Both the position numbers and the translations under genes were made by a program. DNA of 64,000 nucleotides from Octopus vulgaris. Lineage: Eukaryota. Positions 1-13,900 of the stretch are shown here, one piece after another; the first letter of the stretch is position 1, and each line of letters starts with the position of its first letter. The notes under the pieces were generated by a model. The model ran no database searches. It was not told where the DNA came from and worked only from the letters and a program-made list of their open reading frames with translations. Location of the stretch: NCBI GenBank assembly GCA_951406725.2, contig OX597823.1:73408001-73472000 (forward strand). Direction: 5' to 3'.

Positions 1-719
1 GTCCGACATTTTGGAGGAAGAGCCAGTCGATTAGATCGACCTCAGTATGCAACTGGTATGCCGTTCCTGATATTGCTCATGTTGTCGATGCTTCCATTGT
101 CGTTGCTCTTGTGTTCAGCCATGTTGCGTTTAGCAATGACGTTGATGAAGATGATTCTTTCGAACAACGTAGTAAGACGTTGATGGAAGCCACTCCATGA
201 TTAACCAACCTACAAAGAATACCAGACGAATGTTTCCCAAGTCACTCCTGATCCTTTTCATATTTTTTTTTCTTTTTTTTAAACGAAGTAAATGTTGAAT
301 AATGTAGCCAGAAATAAACTCCCAGAAAATACTGCATTATCGTAGCTAGAACAGCTTTGGTGTTAGATCTAATTGATTAAAGCTAAGCAGGGTCTCAGCC
401 ACAACAACAACAACCACAAAAATCAAAAATATCAACGCTAACGACATGATACTTCCATGAAATATTGAGGCCTGACAAACTTGAAATATTGTCATATGTA
501 TGTTTTAATATCTTCCAATAATTTCGTTGTTTACGTCAGTGTCTTTTGTACTGTTCTTTATTCCCATGTCACCGTCACATTTTTTCGTATTTTCCTTTCT
601 TTATTTTTGAACTGTTTCTATTCTTAAGTAGAAACTCCCTCTCTCTGTCATTACGAAGTAAGAGTGGTCTTCTTGTACTTTTTTTGATTGAGTTATGGTC
701 GATGATGAAGATGATATTT

Positions 720-1430
720 GGTTGCTAGTAAGGTTCTGCTGTTATTGTTGTTGTTATTGTTGTTGTTGTTGTCTTTATTGTTGCTGTTGTGGTCGTTATT
801 GTTGCTGTTGTCGTTATTGTTGCTACATTTGTTGTGGCTGAAGTTATTGCTATTACAGTTGCTGTTATTAATACCATTGTTTTTACGATTCTTGTCGTTG
901 CCCCGTTGTTGTTGTTGCTGTTGTTGTTGTTGCTGTTGTTGCTGTTGTTGTTGTTGTTGTTTCTGTTGTTGTTGTTATCGTTGTTGCTGCTGCTGCTGCT
1001 GCTACTAATGATAATGATGATGGTAGTGGTGGTGGTGGTGGTGGTGGTGGTTGTGGTGGTGGTGGTGGTGGTGTTGGTGGTGGTGGTAGTGGTAGTGGTA
1101 GTAGTAGTGGTGGTGATATTGGTAGTGGTGGTGGTGGCGGTGGTGATGATAATAGTGGTGACATCCTTGTTATTGCTGCTGCTGCTGCCGGTATTGTTGT
1201 TTGCACTTTTGTAGTTGCTTTTTGAAAACTCTGTCTAATACATTTTACTTCGTTGCAGCAGAATTTTTGTGTAAGTATGCCACAGCGACACATACATACA
1301 GACTCATGCACACACACACACACACACGCCCGCACACACACACACACACACACACACGCCCACACGCACACACACACACACACACAAACACACGCCCGCA
1401 CACACACACACACACACATACACGCACGGA
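720..1430. repeat. Compound microsatellite block (TTG/CTG)n, (GGT)n, (CA)n
   Basis: Visible simple repeats; they explain the poly-L/C/V/P ORFs here. Confidence 0.95.
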
Positions 1431-1549
1431 GGTTAACTTTGTGTGGGTGTGCTGAATATTTTGCAGCAATATCCAGTGTAGAGTTTGTATATGTGTCTCT
1501 TGTACAAACGTAATATATATGTGTTTATTATGTATGCATGAGAGAGAGT

Positions 1550-1595
<46 letters not shown>

Positions 1596-1874
1596 GGCAG
1601 AGACAGATAGACAGGCATACATAAAGAGTGTTCGTGTGCTTTTATAGTCAAAGTAACTCAAATGGATGCGGAATGGATGAAATGACATTCAGTTTTAGCT
1701 TCTACATTTTAAAACGTGAGTTGTGATCTCGACAAGATCAGGTATGCTTTCCCATTTTCATGAGTCAAAAACAATATGTATCAGTCAAGCAGCAGAGACT
1801 GTTGTACCAGAGAGCACTGGGGTAACAACAACAACAACAATAACAACAACACCATCAACAAAAACAACAACAAC

Positions 1875-1929
<55 letters not shown>

Positions 1930-1932
<3 letters not shown>

Positions 1933-2450
1933 GTACATAACAAAACCACCAGGACTTACAAACACATATAACATACAGAAAATTGCACTACTAGGCACTG
2001 CACACATCCTACGCAGAACACTTTCCATACAATAACCATCAGAGCATCACAACAAATCACAGCACATACCCAAGGCACACAGAGCTGCGCTCGGTAGTGA
2101 AGTGAAAGCACGCTATAAAAATAAAAATAAAACTACTGAATAATAATAATAATAATAGGAATGACCAAGAAGGGAACCGAAAATTATATGAGAATGATCC
2201 CTGGCTTACCGTCCCTGCAAGAAGTGCAGAAGATTGTCTTAACTGGTACATCACACGTATTGAGAAGAGCATTGTCGCTGTGAGAGCTGTTACTGCCCAT
2301 GTATTTTAATTTAACCTTAAAAAAAAAGTTAACGAACTATTGAGTTTGGTTTAATGGCCTACCAATGTATACTATGAGTTTCTTTGCCCTAGGAGTCGGG
2401 AAGACGCTCGGCAAGAAATGGAGGCAAATTTGAAAGAAGAAGAAAAAAAA
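1930..2450 (+). mobile_element. Two short 3'-end fragments of R4/Dong-like RLE non-LTR retrotransposons between (AAT)n tracts
   Basis: Translate to C-terminal motifs NIQKIALLGTAHILRRTLS and QKIVLTGT.RVLRRALS; each fragment is flanked by (AAT)n. Confidence 0.75.
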
Positions 2451-2460
2451 CCAAAAAAAC

Positions 2461-2530
<70 letters not shown>

Positions 2531-2549
2531 TTAATAATAATAATAATAA

Positions 2550-3620
2550 TCAGAAACAGAAGGGTTTATCATAGCAGTCCAACATCAATGCCTACTTACA
2601 TGAAACTGCCAGGCCAACATATCAAAGAACGTAAGCTGCCCAACATGTCGTGTATGTTAACAACAAAATGAGACCATTGATCATGTTGTCTCCATGTGCA
2701 GTCTTCTTGCGCCTACAGAGTATCTCAACAGGCATGACAGAGCTGCACAATATATTCACCGGGTAATTTGCTCCATGATAAAAATTGGTGGGAACACAAA
2801 CCACTTCCAGTGCTTGAAAACGATCACATCTCACTCCTCTGGAACTTCACCATTCAAACTGACAGAAAGATAAATGCAAATAGGCCAGACATTCTATTGA
2901 AAGACTTCAGATAAAAATCATGCCTCCTCATTGATATGACGGTTCCAATCGATAGAAATGTATCTGTCAAGACCTACCAAAAACTGAGCAAGATCTTGAA
3001 ACAGAAATTGGCATAATGTGGGACCTCGAGACTAAAACAATACCTGTTATCATAGGTGCCCTACGAATGATAGCAAATTGGGTTGATTACTATCTAGGTC
3101 AGATATCAGGAAACCCCAAAATGGCAGAAATTCAAAAGTTAGTGCTCATGGTGATTACCCATATCCTACGTAAAATACTTTCTATGAAAATACTTGTAGA
3201 CAAATAAATGTGAGTGTTCTCACTGGTAAAAATATATCTGTAAAGGAATTTGATAAATTAAGTTAATATAAGGACCTGGAATTAGAAATACAGAAGATGT
3301 GACATCTTAAAGTGAGAACTGTTCATGTTATTGTAGGTGCTGTAGGTATGATAGAAAAGGGATGTCAAAAACATCTAGATAACATCCAAGGAGAACCACG
3401 TCTCAGAGAAATCTAAAAGACTATGCTAGCAAGTACTGCCAACATCCTTAGAAAAACCCTATCAATTGAAATGTATGTTTTGTATTACATGACGATATTT
3501 TGCCCCTGCCACTTCCCCTCTCCAAGCTTTCAGTTATACTGTAACATCTCTTACACTTCACTCACCGTAGGACGGTAGGTGTGTCTCGGCAAGTGATTGT
3601 AACAAACATGCAGCTTAAAA
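2550..3620 (+). mobile_element. Degraded R4/Dong-like LINE 3' region (zinc knuckle + RLE endonuclease) plus a second C-terminal fragment
   Basis: ETEGFIIAVQ, CRVC...TIDHVVS, NRHDRAAQYIH, NRPDILL, CLLIDMTVP, IPVIIGAL...IQKLVL..HILRKILS; contains frameshifts. Confidence 0.85.
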
Positions 3621-3666
<46 letters not shown>

Positions 3667-4639
3667 TAATAATAATAATAATAACAACATTGATAATAAT
3701 AATAATAATAATAATGCGCGTAGTGTTTTTATATATTTGTAAATACATATATATATATCTGAAATCATGGAGTAGGAAAATGAACAGTATAAGTGAAGGG
3801 AGATGAGAGAAAATAGTAATTCAATAAAGAAGTAGTAAGAGTAATACCCCTGACTGAGAGGGACTGAGAGAAAGTAATAGGAATGAGAGAGAGAAAGTGG
3901 CAAAGAGAGCGTTGTGTATCTTCTACTATATGTTGTGTTTTTCTCCGTCACAACATATGACTGAGAATGTGGTGAAAAAAAATCAGCGTTTCAAATCTGT
4001 GTGTGTATGTAAACGGGAGGTATGTGGATGTTTGTGTGTGTGTGCGTATGTGTGTGTGAGTGTGTGTGCAATGGAAGTGGGTTGGTGAACATTCAACGCT
4101 GAAAAGAAAAATCAAATATTTCAACTCAGTGTGAATATATGTGTGTGTGTGTAAAAAGGAGGTATGTGAATGTGTGTGTGTGTGTGTGTGTTCAATGAAA
4201 GTGGGATGGTGAACATCCAACGCTGAAAAGACAAATCAAACAGCATTTCAACACTGTGTGAGTATATGTGCGTATGTGTGCGCGTGTACAAAGAAAGTGT
4301 GTGATTGTTTGTATGTGTGAGCTAGCGTTCTTTCAGCAACAAACGATGATTAATGTCACATCTCCAAAGACAATCACTAGATAACATTGACAAGTGTATT
4401 CATTTGAATTACCATCCATATGTTACAAACATATACATATACAAACTCATTACAGGAAATACTTATTGCCTGAGTGTCTCAAGAATATAAAATGACTGCA
4501 GTTGAAAAATATATTATAAATACACATTTAACAGTTCGTACCTGTGCCTAATTTATTTATATTAAGAAATTTATATAATAAATTTTGAATAGGGAGTTTT
4601 TACAATATCAAAAACCTCTGCATGATAAATAAGTGGCCC

Positions 4640-6450
4640 GCAGCAAACAAGCTAATGAACATCAGAAGCATACCCGTCAGTGACTATGGAGTTCAGGGCT
4701 GAAGGCAGAGAGTGAAGGCTTTATCTTGGCAGCTCGAGGCACGACAGAGTTGGCCAATATCTACAGAGGATACTGTGTCGACGTTATAACATCATAACTG
4801 CTGACAAATGGTACAAGCACCACCCTGAGGCTGTAGCTGACGGAAAAAAATGTAATGGTTCTTTGGGACTTTCCAGTATGTACAGACTGGACCATCAAAG
4901 CAAATAAACCAGATATTGTTGTGAAACATCAAAACAATAAAGTCTGTTCGTTGATTGACATGAGCATACCCTGTGACCATAATATCTCGGTAGAAGAACT
5001 TGATAATGTGGTTTAGGGATGGCCTAAAGCTGTTCATTAACACTGAAAAAGAATTTGAGAGGTTCACAGCAACTGTGCAGATGATTAGCAAAGATATTGG
5101 CATGGAATTTGGGATAGAGAAAGGTGGTGTAATGATTCTCAAAGGATGAAATCAGTAGAAGCCATAGGATCAAGCTAGAAAGTGGTGAAGCTATAAGGGA
5201 AATCGAAGATGAAGGATATAAGTACCTGTTTATCATTGAAAGAGATAAGATGAATGCACACACGGTGAAAGAAATGTACAGGAAAGAGTATTTGAGAACT
5301 AGACTTGTGCTCCAATCGAAGCTAAATGGCCACTGTAAGATGAGAGCAATTAACACGTGGGTAGTTGCTTTGGTGAGGCAGGAATATCTTGGAAGTAGCA
5401 TGAATTACAAGAAATAGACCGGAGAACACGTAAATTAATGACAAGGAACAAGGAACTACACCCCGAGAGTGATGTGTCAAGATTGTATGTAAAGAGGAAA
5501 GAAGGAGGACGGAAATTAGAGTGTTGTGAAAGTAGTGTAAGACAAGAGTAGAATAGCCTCGCTTGGTATTTCAAGGAAAGTAAAGAAGAAATAATTGAAG
5601 CAGTGAAAATGCAATGAAACACAAAAGTAAACGAAGCCGTAGATCCAACACAATTTAAGAAAGACCAGAGAGAGCAGAAGAAGGAAATTTGGTTGGACAA
5701 GAAACTGCACAGTCAGTCTTTGAAGAATAAAGATTTGATTGATTGGAATATAACTTGGCAATGGCCGCAGAAAGGAGACTTAAAAGGGCCCACTGAAGCA
5801 TTAGTGTGCAGCGCTCAAGAACAAGTGCTCAGAACAAACTACTTCAAATATCACATTGATAAAAGCACTGCCTCGCAAAAGTGTACGATGTGCGCTGAGA
5901 ATGAAGAAAGTATAAGCCAAATTGTTAGTGAGTGCTGTAAGCTCGCACAACGCGAATACAAAATGAAACACGACAATGTGGACAGATATGTTCACTGGCA
6001 GTTGTGCGGTAAATCAAAGCTCGAGAGAGCCGAACAATGGTATGAACACAAGCTTGAGGGAGTAATGGAAAACGAACATTACAAAATATTCTGGGATTTT
6101 AACAAGCAGTGCGACCAAATCATAGAGGCAAGACGGTCAGATATCGTGATCATCCATAAAGATGAAAAAGATGCAGAAATAATAGATGTTGCAATGCCAG
6201 GCGATTCGAGGGTGAAATGTAAGGAAACAGAAAAGAGTGAGAATACCAGCCACTGTGGGACAAGATAGGAAAGTTATGGAGCAAGAAGAAAGTAATGGTG
6301 ATACCGGTGGTAATTGGAGCATTGAGAACAGTTTCCAAGAGCTTTGAAAAACATATTAAAAATATTGGGGCTGCTGTCAGTCTCGAAGTGATCCAGGAGA
6401 CAGCATTGTTGGGTACAGTTCGCATTCTAAGGAGAGTACTGCCTCTTTGA
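4640..6450 (+). mobile_element. R4/Dong-like RLE non-LTR retrotransposon remnants (end of RT, CCHC knuckle, PD-(D/E)xK endonuclease)
   Basis: FSKDIGMEFG-like motif near 5090, RLYVKRKEGGR, and ORF 5693-6268 with TEALVCSAQEQVLRT, CTMC...ISQIVSEC, HDNV, WDF, ARRSDIVI, IIDVAMP; ends ETALLGTVRILRRVL. Confidence 0.9.
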
Positions 6451-7379
6451 GTCACAGGAGAAGGAACTACTTGAAAATTTTGGTGATTTGTTTTTGTCAG
6501 CGTTCAAGTAAAGAACAACCGATAATTAAGAGCTATTCGAGAGTCTTTCAGAATGATAATAGTAATGATAATAATAATGAGGAGGAGGAGGAGGAAGAAG
6601 AAGAAGAAGAAGAAGAAGAAGAAGAAGAAGAAGAAGAAGAAGAAGAGGAAGATGCTGGCGAACACGACGACGATGATGATGATCATGATGATGGGAGGAG
6701 GAGGGGGAGGGACAATTCTCAATTTTACGGCTTCTTTGGTATCTGTACTTCATTTGAGATTGCAAAGTAAATGATCTTCCAATATTTGCGCTTTCTAACT
6801 GCAGGATCATATTTCATCTCCGCGCTTCACTACTATGTTCACTCTCAATGGAGAAATCTTATTAAATTTTGTAATTACCATTCACCAACAGTCGTGATCA
6901 TACCAGATGTCTGCTGCTTGAAATTCTAAAATTAGCTAATGTCCCAATGCCGGCTTTTGCTGATAGAGTTAGCCGTATTCTGATACTGTTTTTGAGCTAG
7001 CAAGCTGCATTCGCTGAATAGACGAACATTGTTTTCTTCCACTTTTCTATGTATTCTGTATTTGTTGTCTGGCTGGGTTTTTATCAATCTTTGTCCTAAT
7101 CAAAATTCTCTTTAGCAGCATGTTGCTGGGCACCAATTATTTATCATTCAGTTTTCTGCGTTCAGGTTTCCATCTCCCTGGCACAACCAGCATTTTTTAC
7201 TTCCAGCTTCCTCAGTTTGTAGCATGAATTAGCCAAGTAATTATTTTTCTTTCCAGTTATTTGCTCTGTCATTCTTCTTTCAATTCTTGAAATCTTTCAG
7301 TTTCATTAATTTCTCCGATATGTCTAGCTGCAGATAACAGTCTTTTTTCATTGTGCACAGAATAGTGTTTTCAAACCTG

Positions 7380-8830
7380 AAATGGCAACTTCTATGCATA
7401 ATAAATCGGAAACTCTGAACAAAGACTTATAGATAACAAATATAGTCAAATAGTGAGAAAACAATGAATATCTCGGTGGGAGCTGGACTATAAATAACAA
7501 ATAGCAGAAAGACCAATGAATCATCTGAAGGAAATAAGATTTACTTCATAGAAGGTGGAGACATTACAGAAGACAGAAACTTGCTTCAACGTTTGAATGA
7601 GACAAAAAATTGAGATAGAACGGTATTTTCATGGGAAGTGGAAGAGAAAATATTCGAAAAGCAGTTAACAAGTTGAATAAACTATTAGCAAAAAATCAAA
7701 GTTGACAATATAACCAGTGTAATTGACCTAACTTACTAAGGGGCTTCTGTTGTTGTAAAGATTCGTGTAGTTAAAAGTAGAGCAGAAAAGTACGGTGAAA
7801 GAAAAACATCGGTATCGTCTTCAAAGAAAATATGACATCAGACACAGAAGGTTAAAGGCTGTCTAAGAAGAGATAAGAAAAATAGTAAAACAAATTTGTA
7901 TAAAAAAAAAACATTAGATAACACCATAGAATAAATCAGTGTCAACATAACAAGGTTGTTGAGAAACAACGAAAGAAAAATTTACCAACAACTGAACGAT
8001 GAGAATGATCATCAAAGGAATGAAATACTGGAGCAGCAAGAAACTTTTGATCTGATATTGGCGACAAGAGGTTCAAAACAACGGTGAAGTAGACTGGTTT
8101 CGGAAAATTTAAAAGCGAAATGGAAAATAGGCAACGGCAATATAATATTCAAGAGATACAAGGCGGCAAGCTGACAGAATTGTTACCGTGTCGGAAGAAA
8201 TGCTGCTGAGCATTTCTTCCGTTTTTACATTCTGAGTTCAAATACCGCCGAGGTCGGCTTTGCCTTTCATCCTTTCGGGGTCGATGTAATCGACTTATTC
8301 TCTCTCCAAAAATTGTTGGCCTTGTATCAAAATTTGGAATCAATATTCAGGTGATGCTTAAAAAGATTCTAAGCTAGTAAATTTCTCAACTCTAGTTTCA
8401 CAAGCATGCTCAATGCCGTCCAAGAATTTGGACCTGGAGATCTCCATTTCCAGCGACTTCGAGGGTCACCTCCCAGCAGTGGTGTCGGGCGTCAACGAAG
8501 AGCCTTTGACTACAAAAAGACGACCAAAGTTCTTTTTCCAACGTCTGGGGTCTCCCGCCCCTAAGCCCTAGACCATCACCTAATCACCCTTACCTGTCTT
8601 GTTGCTTAACAACAACAACAACAGCATGCTCAATTATAAACGACGGTTTTTCGTTGGTTCTACAGAAAAAGGAGTACCGATATGGATGGTGGAAAGAAAA
8701 GTAGTATTACTACAGTCGGGTTTAGAAAAACGGAGTCAGCAATTATAGGTCTATTACAGTCTTTTTATAGATTTGGAAATTGCTATCTGGCCTCGATTAA
8801 TGTATAATACAGCTTTCTGGTGAAGGGGAA
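7380..8830 (+). mobile_element. Highly decayed N-terminal/RT part of an R4-like LINE, interrupted by a SINE
   Basis: VPIWMVE.KVVLLQ...NYRSIT-like RT N-terminal motif near 8670-8760; purine-rich coding-like composition. Confidence 0.45.
8157..8345 (+). mobile_element. SINE family A (Meta/MESC-domain-like central region)
   Basis: GGCGGCAAGCTGACAGAA head and GCCGAGGTCGGCTTTGCCTTTCATCCTTTCGGGGTCGAT body, shared with more than 10 copies in the window; AATATTCA on both sides. Confidence 0.8.
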
Positions 8831-9055
8831 ACATTCAGTAGAAAAAGGAACAGGGATACAAAAATAGATCAAGAACTGCTGGTCAGTTGTTTATTGCGAT
8901 TATAATTACTAAGTGAATGATTGATAAGAAAAGGAATGATTAACTTTTGGCTAGAGTGCAAAAACAAACGATAATTTACAGTAGAACTATGTTTTTCGGA
9001 TCCCTGAAGATATCTTTAGAGCTTTAAAGGACAATAAGGCTTACAAGTAACTTTT

Positions 9056-9475
9056 GAAGGCGGCGAGCTGGCAGAAACGTTAGCACGCCAGGCGAAATGC
9101 TTAGCGGTATTTCGTCTGCCGTTACGTTCTGAGTTCAAATTCCGCCGAGGTCGATTTTGCCTTTCATCCTTTCGAGGTCGATTAAATAAGTACCAGTTAT
9201 GCAGTGGGGTCGTAATAATCGACTTAATCCTTTTCTCTGTCCTTGTTTGTCCCCACTCTGTTTAGCCCCTTGTGGGTAGTAAAGAAATAGGTATTCGTCT
9301 GCCACTACGTTCTGAGTTCAAATTCCGCCGAGGTCGACTTTGCCTCTCATCCTTTCGAGGTCGATTAAATAAGTACCAGTTACGCACTGGGGTCGATCTA
9401 GTCGACTTAATCTCTTTGTCTGTCCTTGTTTGTGCCCTCTATGTATAGTCCTTTGTGGGTAATAAAGAAATAAGT
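9056..9475 (+). mobile_element. SINE family A, tandem dimer
   Basis: Two consecutive copies of TTCTGAGTTCAAATTCCGCCGAGGTCGA...AAATAAGTACCAGTT. Confidence 0.85.
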
Positions 9476-9732
9476 AATTAGGGATGCGACAGAATGACAA
9501 AACATTAGAAAGACAAATGAAGAAGTTTCCAGAGGATACAAGATAAAGGTTTGGAAGACACTTGAAATGAGACCAAAGACCGAATTGCATGAAATGTCTA
9601 GAAAAGCTAAGTAGTTGTACACAATGTTACCGCACTCCACACAAAATATTAACGACAGTAAATTTTATCAAAGATGTGAAATAATTAGTGGCTCACTAAA
9701 CGTAAAAAGCATCATAAACATCATCATTATTT

Positions 9733-9800
<68 letters not shown>

Positions 9801-10642
9801 CATTCATCAACATCTCTTGTCATCATTCATTATCATTATAATCATATCTTCTTTATGATCATCATCGTCCAGATTATAAGGAAATGTAAACTGATAAGTT
9901 TACAGAATTGTTTAACTCTGGACTAAATACTCAAGAGTATTAAGTTACCTTTCTTTATCTTCTGAATTGATATACAACTGAGATCTATTTCGGGTTTGGT
10001 TAAACAATCAGCACTAGTTTGTTCACGTTGACAATGCAATTTACATGAGAAGTATTTTCGTGGTGTCTAGTCGAACAAAACATCAATATTGTCAAGCTTC
10101 AAGTATTGTATTGGTTCATTGTCTCAAAACCTCATTATATTGCAATATCCCAGTCTATTCACATAAACTGGTTTTGTTTGTCACTTAATAGTTTAAACTA
10201 TCCAGTTGCCAATGCTGTGCTGTAAAAAAAAAAAAAGAACAAATCGTTCTAGACTCTGCTACTATTGCTGCTGCAATTCCTGCAGCAGCTGCATCTGTAT
10301 CTGTTGTTATTGTTAAGGCGAAGATTCTTAAGAAAAGCAGAACAGAGATGAAAAAAATAAAACTGTATATGAGAAAAGAAACAGCTTGCTGTTCAGTAAC
10401 CAATAATTACAACAATTCTACAAACAGGAGCAACAACAGCTTAAGCACATTACTAATACTACTGATAATAATAATCGTTTTTTTTTATTTTATTCGGTTC
10501 AAGGGCTAACACAATGACAAATTACAAAAAGAGGGGAGCTTATAACAAGTATGAAAAATGAACGTGAGAAAACAAAAAAAAATTTTTTTTTTGTTTTTGT
10601 TTTGGAGTTAGTACTTGAAGTATATTTGAAGCTATAAATATT

Positions 10643-10927
10643 GATTCAAATTTTGGCCCAAATCCAGCAATTTGGCACAAACCCAGCAATTTTGCACAAA
10701 GCCAGCAATTTTGGCACAAAGCCAGTTATTTGGCACAACGCCAGCAATTTGGCACAACGCCAGCAATTTGGCACAAAGCCAGGTGAGGGGTAAGTCGATT
10801 ACACCCACCCCACTATTCAAATGGTACTTATTTTATTGACCCCGAAGGGATTAAAGACAGCTCAACTTTGGCGAAAATTTAACTCGCTCTGTGTATTAAT
10901 GATTCTGCTAGCTCACCACTTTACATA
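10643..10927 (-). mobile_element. SINE family A with a tandemly amplified terminal unit and a 14-bp TSD
   Basis: Reverse-complement SINE A body; AAGCTATAAATATT at 10629-10642 and 10928-10941. Confidence 0.75.
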
Positions 10928-12012
10928 AAGCTATAAATATTAGCATGTAAATATTGAGTTGAAAAAGCCCCTTGGGTAGGAAAATCGACGGCCGCCCATG
11001 ACATGACCAACCTTTGAATTTTCCTATCCAAAAGGATTTTTCAGCCTGATATTTACATGATATATCATTCATAGCTTTATATATACTTCGAAATCCAATT
11101 TCAAAAACAAATTACTTCACGTTCTCTCGAAAGTTTACAAAGGCTTGTGACGTTAACAACAATAAAAACAGATATTCAGTAACATGAAATCAGTTCCAAT
11201 ACGAAAACAGCAGCCTAGGGTCAATTAAGAGCTCAGCTTCCCACCCCATGACCCTAGATTCCACTGAAGGATATAATGTGTTTAGCTATAATTATATTAA
11301 CAAATATTCATTAAAACTATATAAGGAAGATGTTTAGAATAAACATGCTTTATTTTGCTCTATTTTTCCACTTGTCGGTCTGAATTTGAATTTTTCTATT
11401 GCATTGAAACCCCTGAAGAATTCTGCGCAGAGGAATATTCTTGTAATGGCTATGAAATATTTATTCACATGAATAATTTTCTCATAGTATCTCTTTAAAT
11501 ATGAATTCTGAATATTTCGGAGAATCAAATATTTTCCAGAGAAAACTACACATATGCAGTTAGAGTTTCAGACATGAAACAATTCAGTTGATCTCAGTAG
11601 ATTTTGATAGTTTTAACTGTACGTTATTCCAGCATCATATACAAAACCAGTTATACATTCTCAGTGAACTCTCGTGCTTCTTTTCAACAGTGATGTGTGT
11701 CCGCATAATATTTGCAACACATTCTGCTTACGAACATAAATATATGTCCAAGGAGTAGTGTATAGAATATATATTTTATTTTGATATACAAATATCTTTT
11801 TTTTATTGATCAAGAGCCATGGTTTTGGGACATTGTTTCAACTAGAATATATATTATAATACATATAATGTATATAACATACATATATTATATGTATGTT
11901 ATATATATATACATATATATATACATGTTATATATACATACATATACTTATAGATACATACATATCCTTATATATACATGAGTGCATGTAGATAGATAGA
12001 TAGATAGATAGG

Positions 12013-12100
<88 letters not shown>

Positions 12101-12134
12101 TAGGCAGACAGACGGACATATAGATATATATCTT

Positions 12135-12510
12135 GTGGGCAGTAAAGAAATAAGAAACGTTAGCACGCCAGGCGAAATACTTAGTGGTATTTCCTCTGTC
12201 GCTACGTTCTGAGTTCAAATTCCGCCGAGGTCGACTTTGCCTTTCATCCTTTTGGGGTCGATTAAGTACCAGTTACGCACTGGAGGTCGATATAATCGAC
12301 TTAATCCGTTTGTCTGTCCTTGTTTGTCCTCGCTGTGTTTAGCCCCTTGTGGGTAGTAAAGAAATAGGTATTCCGCCTGTCTAAGTTCTGAGTTCAAATT
12401 CCACGGAGGTCGATTTATCTTTTCGGAGTCGATAAATTAAGTACCAGTTGCGTACTGGGGTCGATATAATCCACTGGACCTTCCCCAAAAATTTCGGACC
12501 TGGTAACTTG
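12135..12510 (+). mobile_element. SINE family A tandem copies
   Basis: Same body as 9056-9475, repeated. Confidence 0.85.
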
Positions 12511-13502
12511 AGGAGAAAAGTATGTGTGTGTGTATGTGTGTCTGTGTATACATATATACTAAGGAGTAATTTTATATATATGTATGTGTGTGTGTATGTG
12601 TGAGTATACATACATACATGTCTGTATATATAATGAATAGTAGCACATGATTAGGTATGCAACTAATAGTAACAGTAACCAATACGATATATTAGAGTAG
12701 AATAATACTTCGAAGCTTCATTTCATATGGCTTCACCGGAGAACTTGTAATTTATTCTAAATATTTTATAATTAAAATGAAGGCAAGTCACACGCAAAGC
12801 GGAAGAAACATTTAACCATGCCTAATACCAAAAGATCATGTACTGGAAATAAATACAAAAAAATATATTAAAAAAATATACACTTACGAAAAGTATAAAA
12901 GCAAATGTTTGATATAAACGAATTAAAAGTAAATGCTCACAAAGTAAGTGCAGGGTTGTGGTTGCAATAGTTTTAATTAAGTCAGCTTTCTAGATTAGAT
13001 ACCAAAGAATTGAGAATTCTCATATTGTTACCATGGAGCTAGTTACGGATGAAAGCAGACCTTGGAGACACTGTTCTCTAATAACAGTGGAAATATTGTT
13101 TAAATGCAGTTTAGCACCGTTCGGATAGGTATTTATATTGTTTTAGGTAAATAAAGTGTCTTTGCTTTTTTGTTGGGTAGAAGGTGATTCATGATGAATG
13201 CGACTAGTGAACTTTAGGGTCATAGATAGAGACACTCGCGTACACAAATATATAAATATATGCGTGTATGTATGCATGTATGCATGCATATGTGTGTGTG
13301 TTTATGTATATATGAAAGTGTGTGAAAACATATATATATATATATATATATTATATTCAATATTTCATCTATTCAATAAGACAATCAATACTTCATTTCA
13401 TTTTACTATGTATATAGTATTTATACTATATATTCTATATTCTACATTAATATTATAAAGAATATAAATAAAACATAAAAAAACAGAGTTGGACTTCCTT
13501 TA

Positions 13503-13555
<53 letters not shown>

Positions 13556-13647
13556 TATACATACATACGTACGTACACATATACAGTCCTACGCACACGC
13601 ATATGCATGCGCATAATGCATTAACTTCTGAATATTAACAAAATTTT

Positions 13648-13900
13648 GTGGAGGCGCGTGGCTTAGTGTTTAGGGTGTCAGCACCATGATCGTAAGATTG
13701 TGGTTTCGATTCCTGGACCGGGCAACGCGTTGTGTTCTTGGGCAAAACACTTCATTTCACGTTGCTCTAGTCCACTCAGCTGGCAAACATGAGTAACGCT
13801 GCGATGGACTGGCGTCCGGTTCAGCTGGGGAACACATACGCCAAAGAAACCGGGACACCGGGCCCATGAGCCTGGTTAGGCTTTAAAAGGGCGCAATTTT
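13648..13900 (+). mobile_element. tRNA-derived SINE family C
   Basis: A-box TGGCTTAGTGTT and B-box GGTTTCGATTCC, then TTGTGTTCTTGGGCAAAACACTTCATTTCAC; homologous to 33655. Confidence 0.8.

Noticed and set aside
13648-13725. tRNA-like sequence (also 33655-33730)
   Set aside because: Head of a SINE that continues into the SINE body; no proper cloverleaf end
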